From the IMG/VR virus record IMGVR_UViG_2706794699_000003: DNA of 9,771 nucleotides; one strand, given 5' to 3'. The DNA is from a virus (lineage: Duplodnaviria; Heunggongvirae; Uroviricota; Caudoviricetes). A program made the translations under genes and the position numbers. The notes beneath the pieces are model-generated. The model was not told the origin of the DNA and searched no databases. It saw only the letters and a list, made by a program, of their open reading frames with translations. Positions 1 to 7,186 of this stretch are shown here, piece after piece (the first letter of the stretch is position 1; each line of letters starts with the position of its first letter).

Positions 1-24
1 GATCAAGAGCCTGTCCAATGTGCA

Positions 25-60
25 TAAAAAAATCCGGAAACAAGTGAGCGTTTCCGGATT
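25..60 (-). terminator. Intrinsic terminator about 35 nt downstream of the portal stop
   Basis: Perfect 11-bp inverted repeat (31-41 aatccggaaac / 50-60 gtttccggatt) with an 8-nt loop. The plus-strand A run at 26-32 gives a U7 tract immediately after the hairpin on the minus-strand transcript. Confidence 0.5.
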
Positions 61-92
61 CTTACACAGCCACTGGATCGGTCAACTGATCC

Positions 93-1249
93 TTAACTGA
101 TCGGCATTACACCACCGGGACGCGGATTCATATCTTCCAGGTCGCGGCAGTCATTGGAAGAGTAAATTCCCCAGTTGATCCCGGTGGCGTAGGCTTCAAA
201 ACGGGACTTCATATCCCCGCGCAGTAACGCCCCGGCGTTAAATTTGGCGTAATAAACGCCCTGCTTACTTTTTCGTACCAGTCCGGTGTTGATCCGCTGT
301 TCGATGCGGGTCAGATACGGCACCAGTGAATAGTTGATAAATCCCAGCCCCAGCTCTTCGATATTGTTGAAGGTGGCGCGATCGGTGTTCTGCACCATGT
401 GCAACGGCACCCGGAACAGACGACAGATTTCTTCCAGCTGAAACTTGCGGGTTTCCAGGAACTGACTGTCCTCGGCGTTCAGCGCCATCGACTTCCAGTC
501 CAGCCCCATTTCCAGAATCATCGGGCGGTGAGCATTGCCAAGCCCCGTGTGACACTCCTCAAAATCTTTCTTCAGACGCTCGTAAGCATCCGGCGTGAGC
601 TTTTGTTCCGTACGCAACACACCGGATGTCACCGCACCATTACTAAACAACCTGGCACCGTGCTCCTCGGTTGCCGCTGCCAGTGAAATGGCCTCACGCG
701 CATACGCAATGGGATTCAGCCCGACAAGTCCATCCAGCGTCAGGGTGCGCACATGCCAGATTTCATTCTGGGTCAACACATCCACGGAACCATCCGGAAA
801 CGTCACCTGATAAACCGGCTGCCACTGGCTGTTCAGCTTCGGTTCCACACAGCCCGGATCTATCGGAAGAAGCTCCACCACTTCTCCCAGTGCCTTTACC
901 TTGTAGGCGTAAAAATTCCCCCGTAGACACAGGCAGACAATAACCAGCTCCCAGAATTCCTGCGGTGTCATGTAGCCATTAGGTTTTGCCGAAACCAACT
1001 TATGCAGTCGTTCATCCACCGCCCGTGTTTTCAGGGTACCGCTGATTTTGTAGAGACTGCAGGGCAGCATACCAACAGACTCTGCCAGCACCCTGACGCA
1101 AGAATAGACCGCCGTCAGGCGCATGGCCCGCTGGCTACTGATCCGCTTTCCGGTATAGGTGTCGTATGACAGCCCGATAGCATCAGCAGTTCTGCTGGCG
1201 TGGTCACCGGCACATCGCTTTTTCGTTGAAATAATCCCGAAAAGAACAC
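93..1249 (-). CDS. Phage portal protein, HK97 family; N-terminal region appears frame-disrupted
   Basis: The 415-aa ORF 93..1340 has the conserved portal core (AMRLTAVYSCVRVLAESVGMLP...) and sits directly downstream of the large terminase. The long ORF only has TTG starts at 1340. A GTG at 1249-1247 with a GGAGGT Shine-Dalgarno 5 nt upstream opens a different frame (MFFSGLFQRKSDVPVTTPAELLMLSG...) that stops at 1117-1115. The first in-frame ATG of the main frame is at 1124. Confidence 0.8.
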
Positions 1250-1431
1250 TATTTACCTCCGCCGACAGACTGCCGTGTACGGTCGAGATATCGCGCCACC
1301 AGCCACGACCAGAACAGGCACAGCGCCCCGGCAACAACAAAACCCGCCGGGGGATAAATCAGCCAGGCACCATACGCCAGCAAAAGCGCACCCAGCACGC
1401 CCACCAGAGGCGCGAGAATCAGCATGATCAT
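1249..1431 (-). CDS. Small hydrophobic protein (60 aa, two predicted transmembrane helices), unknown function
   Basis: ATG at 1431-1429 preceded by GAGGT at about 5 nt spacing, 11 nt after the terminase large subunit stop. Product [60 protein letters not shown] has two hydrophobic segments and CTG-rich codon use. Its TAG stop overlaps the candidate GTG portal start (TAGTG). Confidence 0.45.
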   Translation of the reverse strand: MIMLILAPLVGVLGALLLAYGAWLIYPPAGFVVAGALCLFWSWLVARYLDRTRQSVGGGK

Positions 1432-1442
1432 AATTACCTCAG

Positions 1443-3176
1443 TTAAAGCGAGCGGATCCCGTAGGACTCAATGTGGTCAGACAGCGTGTCTTCTTTCTCG
1501 TACAGCATGGCTCTGCCAACCGCCATAATCAGCGCAACTGCACCATCGATTTTGTTTTCCGCCTGCTCTTTGACGGGTTTCACCACATCATCGTTACCCG
1601 GCATGTTTTTGCCGACCACGTTGCCGATACACCAGGTCATGATGGGATTGCCGTCATGATGAAAACGTCCCGATTCAATCGCTGCTTCCAGCTCTTTCAT
1701 CGGATCGGACATATTGGTGAAGTTCTGGACGATAGTGACGGGATTCAGGTCTTCATCAGCAAGGTCATGTGACAACCCGGTCGCCCCGAAGGGGTCGATG
1801 GGTGACTCACTGACCGGGCTGATTTTGTTCGCCGCTTTGGCCTCCTCGAGGATGTAGCGATAATCCACCTCCGCACCATCGGTAACGGTCAGAACGCCCA
1901 TTTCCACCCATTTCTGAAAGCGTTCGGCTGTCCGTCGATCTTCATTTTTCTCGACGCTGTACACCGTGTCATACGGTACCCAGAAACGCGGGGCCACACT
2001 GTAGTAATGCGTTTTACCGTCAATCTCGCGGGTATAAAGTCGCGCCATGCTGTTCATATCCAGCTTACGCGCCAGGTCAAAGGCCAGAATGCACGGCTGC
2101 CCCTCGAACTGCTCAAGGGTCAGTGATTTATCCTCGCAGCTCTGCCAGCTCACCAAGTTGAAATACGCCGAACGCGCCGACACCCAGATATTGAGGTGTT
2201 TTGTTTTAAAGACGTTTGCCAGACGGGCGTTATTTTTCGCACGCTGCTGCTGACTTAACAAAAATTCGCGATAAACCGACACGCCAATATTTGGATTGGC
2301 TTTTTCCAGCACCTGCGGGCCGGTCCAGTCGTCACCTTCATCAACGGTATAGATGATCCCGAACAGTTCATCGTTAGGCACCGAGCCGTTGAGCATCTCG
2401 ATGACTTCCCGCCGCTTGTCGTAGCACGGCCCCTCAATGTTGTACCCGGCGGTGGTGATGGCCCACATCAGTGGCTGACGTCGCGCCCCCATCCCGGTAA
2501 GCATTGTGGTATAAAGCGCATCGGTGGCATGCTCGTGATATTCATCAACCACGGCACAGTGGGGTGATGAACCATCACCTGGGTTGCCGATCAGCGGTTC
2601 AAACCGCGCGCCATCCTCCGGACGGTTCATGTTTGAGGCGTTAACCTCAATCCCGAACGCTTCCGTCAGCATGGGTGTGCGTTTACACATCAGTCGCGCC
2701 GGGCGAAAGACTTCCCACGCCTGTTTCTCTGTCGTGGCACCGGAATACACTTCCGCGCCAAACTCGTTATCACAGGCAAAACAATACAGGGCAACACCGG
2801 CAGAGATTGCTGATTTGCCGTTCTTACGGGGGATTTCGGTGTACACCTCCCGGAAGCGGCGCAACCGGGTGCCTTTATTGACCCAGCCAAACGCACAGCA
2901 GATCACAAATAGCTGCCACGGCTCCAGCGTGATGGGCATCCGTTTGAATGCCCACTCCCCCTTGGTGTGCGGCAACAGCTGAATAAATTTCGCGGCCCGT
3001 TCAGCCAGGTCCTTGTCGAAGCGGTAACGAAACGACTTACTTTTTTCCGCCATCAGGTCATCAAGATGGCGCTGGCAGGCCTGAATCACAAACTGGCAGG
3101 CAACAATCTTTCCGCGCACGACATCCCGGGCATACTGATTTGCAGCATTTACGTTGGGGTAAGATTTCCGGCTCAT
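1443..3176 (-). CDS. Terminase large subunit
   Basis: 577-aa ORF with terminase ATPase and nuclease-like regions. Its ATG overlaps the small-subunit stop in an ATGA arrangement at 3173-3176. Gene order is terS, terL, portal. Confidence 0.92.
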   Translation of the reverse strand: MSRKSYPNVNAANQYARDVVRGKIVACQFVIQACQRHLDDLMAEKSKSFRYRFDKDLAERAAKFIQLLPHTKGEWAFKRMPITLEPWQLFVICCAFGWVNKGTRLRRFREVYTEIPRKNGKSAISAGVALYCFACDNEFGAEVYSGATTEKQAWEVFRPARLMCKRTPMLTEAFGIEVNASNMNRPEDGARFEPLIGNPGDGSSPHCAVVDEYHEHATDALYTTMLTGMGARRQPLMWAITTAGYNIEGPCYDKRREVIEMLNGSVPNDELFGIIYTVDEGDDWTGPQVLEKANPNIGVSVYREFLLSQQQRAKNNARLANVFKTKHLNIWVSARSAYFNLVSWQSCEDKSLTLEQFEGQPCILAFDLARKLDMNSMARLYTREIDGKTHYYSVAPRFWVPYDTVYSVEKNEDRRTAERFQKWVEMGVLTVTDGAEVDYRYILEEAKAANKISPVSESPIDPFGATGLSHDLADEDLNPVTIVQNFTNMSDPMKELEAAIESGRFHHDGNPIMTWCIGNVVGKNMPGNDDVVKPVKEQAENKIDGAVALIMAVGRAMLYEKEDTLSDHIESYGIRSL

Positions 3177-3667
3177 GATTCGATAATTTTCAGAAACGGG
3201 TTAGTGGCTTTCTTCTGCCCCGCCAGGCCAATCAGACGCTGGCGGCTGCTGGGGTCGAGTCCGAGCATTGCCCCCGTGCTGCTCATCTCGGACTCCTGTT
3301 CTTTTTTGGCGGTCAGCTCCGGATTTTTGACCCTGCCGCCCATTGCACCGGTGATGGTGTTGCCCTGTATGGCAATATTTTTCACGGCACGTCGCCAGAA
3401 CTCATAGGCCACGCACCACCGCTCAAGTACCGCCAGGTCAGTCACGCACAGCAGGCCCTGACCGCAGAGTTCTTTGGTTGTCAGTTGCCACATGATCGTG
3501 GCGAGAGGGAGATCTTCTTCAGCGAACCACTCTGGTGGCTCAACACCTTTGATGGGCGTAAAAACAGGTTCATCTTTGTTCAGGGCTCGCTTGCCGGGGT
3601 TTCCGGCCAGCGCCTTGCGCGCCGTTGGCTTGGGGCGACGCCCGGAACGCCCCGCCGTTCCAGCCAT
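3173..3667 (-). CDS. Terminase small subunit, P27 family
   Basis: N-terminus [34 protein letters not shown] is typical of P27-type small subunits. ATG at 3667 has GGAG 9 nt upstream; the GTG at 3676 abuts the Shine-Dalgarno and is less likely. Stop overlaps the terL start. Confidence 0.85.
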   Translation of the reverse strand: MAGTAGRSGRRPKPTARKALAGNPGKRALNKDEPVFTPIKGVEPPEWFAEEDLPLATIMWQLTTKELCGQGLLCVTDLAVLERWCVAYEFWRRAVKNIAIQGNTITGAMGGRVKNPELTAKKEQESEMSSTGAMLGLDPSSRQRLIGLAGQKKATNPFLKIIES

Positions 3668-3699
3668 ATGCGGCACTCCTGGTTAAATTTCATTTTTCG

Positions 3700-3788
3700 C
3701 GGGTATAAAAAAACGATGGGGCGGGCAGTCCGGAAGACGTCAGGTCACAGGGATTTGCCCCGCCCCTCCCTACAAGTGAGAATAATTA
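3700..3788. other. Putative cos / packaging-site region between HNH and terS, with a terminator-like hairpin
   Basis: 89-nt intergenic region. G-rich imperfect inverted repeat (3718-3726 GGGGCGGGC / 3757-3766 GCCCCGCCCC) encloses a loop containing GACGTC. On the minus strand it is followed by ATCG and a T7 tract. HK97-like packaging modules place cos between the HNH gene and terS. Confidence 0.3.
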
Positions 3789-4139
3789 TCACCGGATTCG
3801 TTCGCGCGCTGTTTTCGCTTTATGGCAGGGCCAGCACAGACTCTGCAGGTTGCTGTCTGCGTCTGTTCCGCCATGCGCTTTCGGGATGATGTGGTCGACG
3901 GTTTTCGCCTCGCTCACCACACCGACACGCAGACACAACTGACACAGACCTTTATCGCGCTTCAGAATACGGGCACGAATCACCGTCCATTTTGAGCCAT
4001 AGCCACGCTGGTGGCGGCTCAGTCCGCGCTGGTGCTGCACCCAGCCTTCACCGCGATGTTTATCGCAGTAACCCGAACTGTCTGTGGTTGTACCTGCACA
4101 TCCACGCTTACGGCAGGCACGTGGGATTAGTGATGGCAT
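3789..4139 (-). CDS. HNH endonuclease, packaging-associated
   Basis: 116-aa product with Cys-rich N-terminus (CRKRGCAG...CDKHR) and HNH motif (VDHIIPKAHGGTDADSNLQSLCWPCHKAKT). GAGGT Shine-Dalgarno 5 nt upstream of the ATG at 4139. Position immediately upstream of terS matches HK97-type modules. Confidence 0.88.
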   Translation of the reverse strand: MPSLIPRACRKRGCAGTTTDSSGYCDKHRGEGWVQHQRGLSRHQRGYGSKWTVIRARILKRDKGLCQLCLRVGVVSEAKTVDHIIPKAHGGTDADSNLQSLCWPCHKAKTARERIR

Positions 4140-4181
4140 AAATACCTCATACCCTGCGAAATGTTTACCACGATAAAAAGG

Positions 4182-4436
4182 CTACTTAATGCACTGAGTG
4201 CGGATATACTCCTGTGCCCCTTCCAGTTGCATCTGCATCGTCATCAGCCGCTCTCTGAGGGTGAAATAATCCCGTTCAGCGGTGTCTGCCAGTCGGGGGC
4301 TGGTTGCATTATCCACGCCGGAGGCGGTGGTGGCTTCACGCACTGACTGACAGACTGCTTTGATGTGCAACCGACGACGACCAGCGGCAACATCAGCGCG
4401 CAGAGTTTCATTTTCAGCTTTCGCATCAGCTAACTC
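4182..4436 (-). CDS. Rz: Rz i-spanin, C-terminal 84 codons visible; N-terminus lies in the N run
   Basis: ELADAKAENETLRADVAAGRRRLHIKAVCQSVREATTASGVDNATSPRLADTAERDYFTLRERL... is near-identical to the recalled lambda Rz C-terminal half. TAG stop at 4182-4184. Confidence 0.85.
   Translation of the reverse strand, partial: ELADAKAENETLRADVAAGRRRLHIKAVCQSVREATTASGVDNATSPRLADTAERDYFTLRERLMTMQMQLEGAQEYIRTQCIK
4244..4426 (-). CDS. Rz1: Rz1 o-spanin, embedded in the +1 frame of Rz
   Basis: MRKLKMKLCALMLPLVVVGCTSKQSVSQCVKPPPPPAWIMQPAPDWQTPLNGIISPSESG has a lipobox (VVGC) and a proline-rich core, and closely matches recalled lambda Rz1. It lies wholly inside Rz in another frame. Confidence 0.85.
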   Translation of the reverse strand: MRKLKMKLCALMLPLVVVGCTSKQSVSQCVKPPPPPAWIMQPAPDWQTPLNGIISPSESG

Positions 4437-4802
4437 NNNNNNNNNNNNNNNNNNNNNNNNNNNNNNNNNNNNNNNNNNNNNNNNNNNNNNNNNNNNNNNN
4501 NNNNNNNNNNNNNNNNNNNNNNNNNNNNNNNNNNNNNNNNNNNNNNNNNNNNNNNNNNNNNNNNNNNNNNNNNNNNNNNNNNNNNNNNNNNNNNNNNNNN
4601 NNNNNNNNNNNNNNNNNNNNNNNNNNNNNNNNNNNNNNNNNNNNNNNNNNNNNNNNNNNNNNNNNNNNNNNNNNNNNNNNNNNNNNNNNNNNNNNNNNNN
4701 NNNNNNNNNNNNNNNNNNNNNNNNNNNNNNNNNNNNNNNNNNNNNNNNNNNNNNNNNNNNNNNNNNNNNNNNNNNNNNNNNNNNNNNNNNNNNNNNNNNN
4801 NN
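4437..4802. other. Run of 366 N (assembly gap or masked sequence)
   Basis: Uninterrupted n characters. The flanking reading frames imply it hides the endolysin C-terminus and the Rz N-terminus. Confidence 0.99.
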
Positions 4803-5088
4803 CCGGTATATCGACTTTGATGTACGGGTTAATTTGTCTGGCGACAGTGGCAAGGTCTTTATTCAGGAGGGCTTTGCATTCTGCTTCGGTATACGTTTTA
4901 CCGAGCATGATGTCTTTTCCGGTGTGTCCGTGACATACAGTCCATACACCAATGATATCTTTGTATGGTATGTAGCTGACACCTTCCAGACCATCGTTAC
5001 CACCTGGGCCAGTGATTAACACAGATGCTATAGCAACAGCCCCACCACCAATAGCAGCTGCAACAGCCTTGCGTAATGATGGCGACAT
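4803..5088 (-). CDS. R: SAR endolysin (phage 21 R-type lysozyme), N-terminal 95 codons visible
   Basis: [95 protein letters not shown] matches the recalled phage 21 / DLP12 RrrD lysozyme, including the Gly/Ala-rich signal-anchor-release segment. ATG at 5088 has a GAGG Shine-Dalgarno and overlaps the holin stop (TAATG). Confidence 0.85.
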
Positions 5089-5277
5089 TATTCACCTCTC
5101 GCAGCCTTACGCTTGTCTTCTCTTATTTTGAAATACAGATTTGTCAGATAAGTCAGAAGCCCCAGAAGCAGACTTCCCAGCACACCAATCGCAGCCCACT
5201 GTGATGGACTGACCTGATCCAACCACTGCAAAAACCAGTAGCCGGCACTGCCGGCGGAGGTGCCGTANNNNNNNNNN
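5088..5277 (-). CDS. S: Holin, phage 21 S-type pinholin-like; start lies in the N run
   Basis: Minus-strand translation of 5277..5091 gives [59 protein letters not shown], matching recalled S21. TAA stop at 5090-5088 overlaps the endolysin ATG. Not in the ORF track because the start is hidden. Confidence 0.8.
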
Positions 5278-5579
5278 NNNNNNNNNNNNNNNNNNNNNNN
5301 NNNNNNNNNNNNNNNNNNNNNNNNNNNNNNNNNNNNNNNNNNNNNNNNNNNNNNNNNNNNNNNNNNNNNNNNNNNNNNNNNNNNNNNNNNNNNNNNNNNN
5401 NNNNNNNNNNNNNNNNNNNNNNNNNNNNNNNNNNNNNNNNNNNNNNNNNNNNNNNNNNNNNNNNNNNNNNNNNNNNNNNNNNNNNNNNNNNNNNNNNNNN
5501 NNNNNNNNNNNNNNNNNNNNNNNNNNNNNNNNNNNNNNNNNNNNNNNNNNNNNNNNNNNNNNNNNNNNNNNNNNNNNNN
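5278..5579. other. Run of 302 N (assembly gap or masked sequence)
   Basis: Uninterrupted n characters. It hides roughly 9 holin codons and about 275 nt upstream of the holin. Confidence 0.99.
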
Positions 5580-5642
5580 GAGTCAGACATTCCCACACAA
5601 TATTGTGTCAGTGCAAATAACAACCTTCGTCTCAAATCTCGC

Positions 5643-5717
<75 letters not shown>

Positions 5718-5720
5718 ATA

Positions 5721-5796
<76 letters not shown>

Positions 5797-5798
5797 GC

Positions 5799-5875
5799 TG
5801 GCCCACCACCGAGGACTCGAACCTCGCACCGTCAACTTAGAAGGTTGATGCTCTATCCGGATGAGCTAGTGGTGG
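5799..5875 (-). tRNA. tRNA-Arg, anticodon UCU
   Basis: Reverse complement CCACCACTAGCTCATCCGGATAGAGCATCAACCTTCTAAGTTGACGGTGCGAGGTTCGAGTCCTCGGTGGTGGGCCA. Perfect acceptor stem CCACCAC/GTGGTGG (unusual C1:G72), D loop with GG, anticodon loop CTTCTAA, T arm CGAGG-TTCGAGT-CCTCG. Confidence 0.75.
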
Positions 5876-5876
5876 T

Positions 5877-5953
5877 TGGTGGCCCTTGCTGGACTTGAAC
5901 CAGCGACCTGGCGATTATGAGTCGCTCGCTCTGACCAACTGAGCTAAAGGGCC
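5877..5953 (-). tRNA. tRNA with CAU anticodon, most likely tRNA-Ile2 (lysidine type) rather than Met
   Basis: Reverse complement GGCCCTTTAGCTCAGTTGGTCAGAGCGAGCGACTCATAATCGCCAGGTCGCTGGTTCAAGTCCAGCAAGGGCCACCA. Anticodon loop CTCATAA; T arm GCTGG-TTCAAGT-CCAGC and anticodon arm resemble recalled E. coli ileX. Corresponds to the ileZ-like tRNA of lambdoid phages. Confidence 0.75.
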
Positions 5954-5962
5954 GGAGGCAGA

Positions 5963-5991
5963 ATAATAACCATATGTCATCACATCTGCAA
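5963..5991 (-). promoter_or_regulatory. Weak candidate sigma-70 promoter just upstream of the tRNA array
   Basis: Minus strand TTGCAG, 17-nt spacer, TATTAT, ending about 10 nt before the first tRNA 5' end. The -35 match is poor (3/6). Confidence 0.2.
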
Positions 5992-6040
5992 ACTCATCTG
6001 ACCACCAGCACGTTTAACGTCCTGTGCCGTTTTTCAGGTA

Positions 6041-6067
6041 TAAAAAAACCCGCTCATCGGCGGGTTT
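6041..6067 (-). terminator. Intrinsic terminator downstream of the ORF6N-domain gene
   Basis: Minus strand CCCGCCGATGAGCGGG followed by TTTTTTTA (plus-strand hairpin 6049-6064 with A7 run at 6042-6048), about 75 nt after the ORF6N stop. Confidence 0.6.
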
Positions 6068-6142
6068 AAGCTGTGTGGCGTAGTAACCACTCTTAACAGG
6101 ATATTCAACTTTTTACGATCGTAAAGTTTTCGGAAAAAATTT

Positions 6143-6706
6143 TTAAAACCGCATCAACCGCTCCACCAGTTGCTCTTTACGGGCAACGATCCACCCGTGT
6201 TGCTCCAGATAAAATTTAAACCGTTCCAGAGTACATACCATCGCATCGGCGGGTACCTTTTCCGTGAACTCAACCTGACCGTGTTTATCGAAGTGGCTCA
6301 GTAATGCGCATCCATCATTTTCGATAGATGTGTTTTGTGCCGCTGGTGGCTGTTTCTGGTTGAAATAACAGTCTTCCAGTTTTTCGAACACTTCCCACGC
6401 CTGATCGGTTTCGAGCATTTTGGCGTGACGGGCTGCGCCACGTTCTGTCCAGAGGATGAGGGAGCGAACGTTACGGGCAATTTTCACAGAAACTCTTAAA
6501 GAGTTTTCGTTCTTCAACTCTCGTAACGCATCACCTTCTATCAGGAAAAAATGTTTACCTTCTATAAACCGTTCTTTGTTTCGATTGAAATTGTTTGTCA
6601 AACGCTGGCGCTCTGTTCCGTACAAATCAGCCAGCAGCTCTGTTGTCATGACAGGAAGATGGTTATGCGTAAGTGACGGGAGTTTTTCAATAGACGTGCG
6701 ATTCAT
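6143..6706 (-). CDS. ORF6N-domain protein (N-terminal DNA-binding domain of the phage Rha/antirepressor class) with an uncharacterised C-terminal domain of about 90 aa
   Basis: Motif LPVMTTELLADLYGTERQRLTNNFNRNKERFIEGKHFFLIEGDALRELK fits the ORF6N pattern (LYGV-T-RLN-RN-RF-F-L). Preferred start is the ATG at 6706 with AAGGA 7 nt upstream; the GTG-initiated extension to 6904 looks like non-coding leader. Sits between tR' and the tRNA array. Confidence 0.75.
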   Translation of the reverse strand: MNRTSIEKLPSLTHNHLPVMTTELLADLYGTERQRLTNNFNRNKERFIEGKHFFLIEGDALRELKNENSLRVSVKIARNVRSLILWTERGAARHAKMLETDQAWEVFEKLEDCYFNQKQPPAAQNTSIENDGCALLSHFDKHGQVEFTEKVPADAMVCTLERFKFYLEQHGWIVARKEQLVERLMRF

Positions 6707-6849
6707 AGACATGTCCTTTCGAATATTTTGATTTACCCCTTTTGAGAGGGTGACCGGGCGCTCAAAACCGTCGAAAGTCGGCGGGCGTATTTCCATTGCT
6801 GGTATTGTATTAGCCGCACACCCGGTCATAAACCAAGAATTCTGGACAC

Positions 6850-6877
6850 AAAAAAACCACATGGCTATCGGGTGTGG
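6850..6877 (-). terminator. Second intrinsic terminator/attenuator downstream of pR'
   Basis: Minus strand CCACA-CCCGATAGCCA-TGTGG followed by TTTTTTT (plus-strand A7 run 6850-6856). Lies between the internal promoter candidate and the ORF6N start. Confidence 0.4.
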
Positions 6878-6912
6878 ATACCGCTTTCGAGGTGTTTTGA
6901 GCACCGCGGGGA

Positions 6913-6941
6913 AATGTAAACTGCAAACCTGAAACTGTCAA
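6913..6941 (-). promoter_or_regulatory. Candidate sigma-70 promoter internal to the Q-to-cargo intergenic region
   Basis: Minus strand TTGACA (6941..6936), 17-nt spacer, TACATT (6918..6913). Confidence 0.35.
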
Positions 6942-7065
6942 CACCGTCAGGTTCCAATCATCGGGTGGTGAGACGCACAGGGTTGGAACTACCGGGAAAC
7001 CGACCGGCGAGCTTTTCAGCTCCCCCATGCGCCCCACCATAATTCAGATGTGCGCGTGCATACGA

Positions 7066-7091
7066 CAATAAAAAACACGCTCGCGGCGTGT
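7066..7091 (-). terminator. tR'-like intrinsic terminator about 80 nt downstream of the pR' candidate
   Basis: Minus strand ACACGC-CGCGA-GCGTGT followed by TTTTTATTG (plus-strand stem 7075-7091, A run 7070-7074). Confidence 0.5.
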
Positions 7092-7152
7092 GTCTGTCGC
7101 GGTCTCTATCCGGGGTTCCAATCCCGACGCCAGATTTTGCTGGCGCGTGAGG

Positions 7153-7182
7153 AATATAGCCCCGGACAATGTGTCTGGTCAA
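7153..7182 (-). promoter_or_regulatory. pR'-like late promoter immediately downstream of Q
   Basis: Minus strand TTGACC (7182..7177), 18-nt spacer, TATATT (7158..7153), starting 5 nt after the Q stop. Position matches lambdoid pR'. Confidence 0.45.
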
Positions 7183-7186
7183 GCAC

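Noticed and set aside
399-943. Plus-strand ORFs of 71-95 aa inside the portal gene
   Set aside because: They are antisense to a well-supported portal coding region, lack ribosome-binding sites and have Pro/Arg/Ser-rich composition typical of shadow ORFs in GC-rich coding DNA.
1471-3407. Plus-strand ORFs (62-146 aa) and the minus-strand ORFs 2255..2437 and 2690..2896 within the terminase genes
   Set aside because: All overlap the terminase genes in other frames, with no start signals and no recognisable domains.
6143-6904. The full 253-aa ORF with a GTG start at 6904 for the ORF6N protein
   Set aside because: The 64-aa N-terminal extension is not protein-like, overlaps the predicted promoter and terminator, and a well-placed Shine-Dalgarno precedes the ATG at 6706.
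6810-7182. Minus-strand ORFs 6810..7040 and 6958..7182 and the plus-strand ORFs in the Q-to-cargo intergenic region
   Set aside because: They lie across the predicted pR' promoter and terminator hairpins, have no ribosome-binding sites and have biased low-complexity composition.
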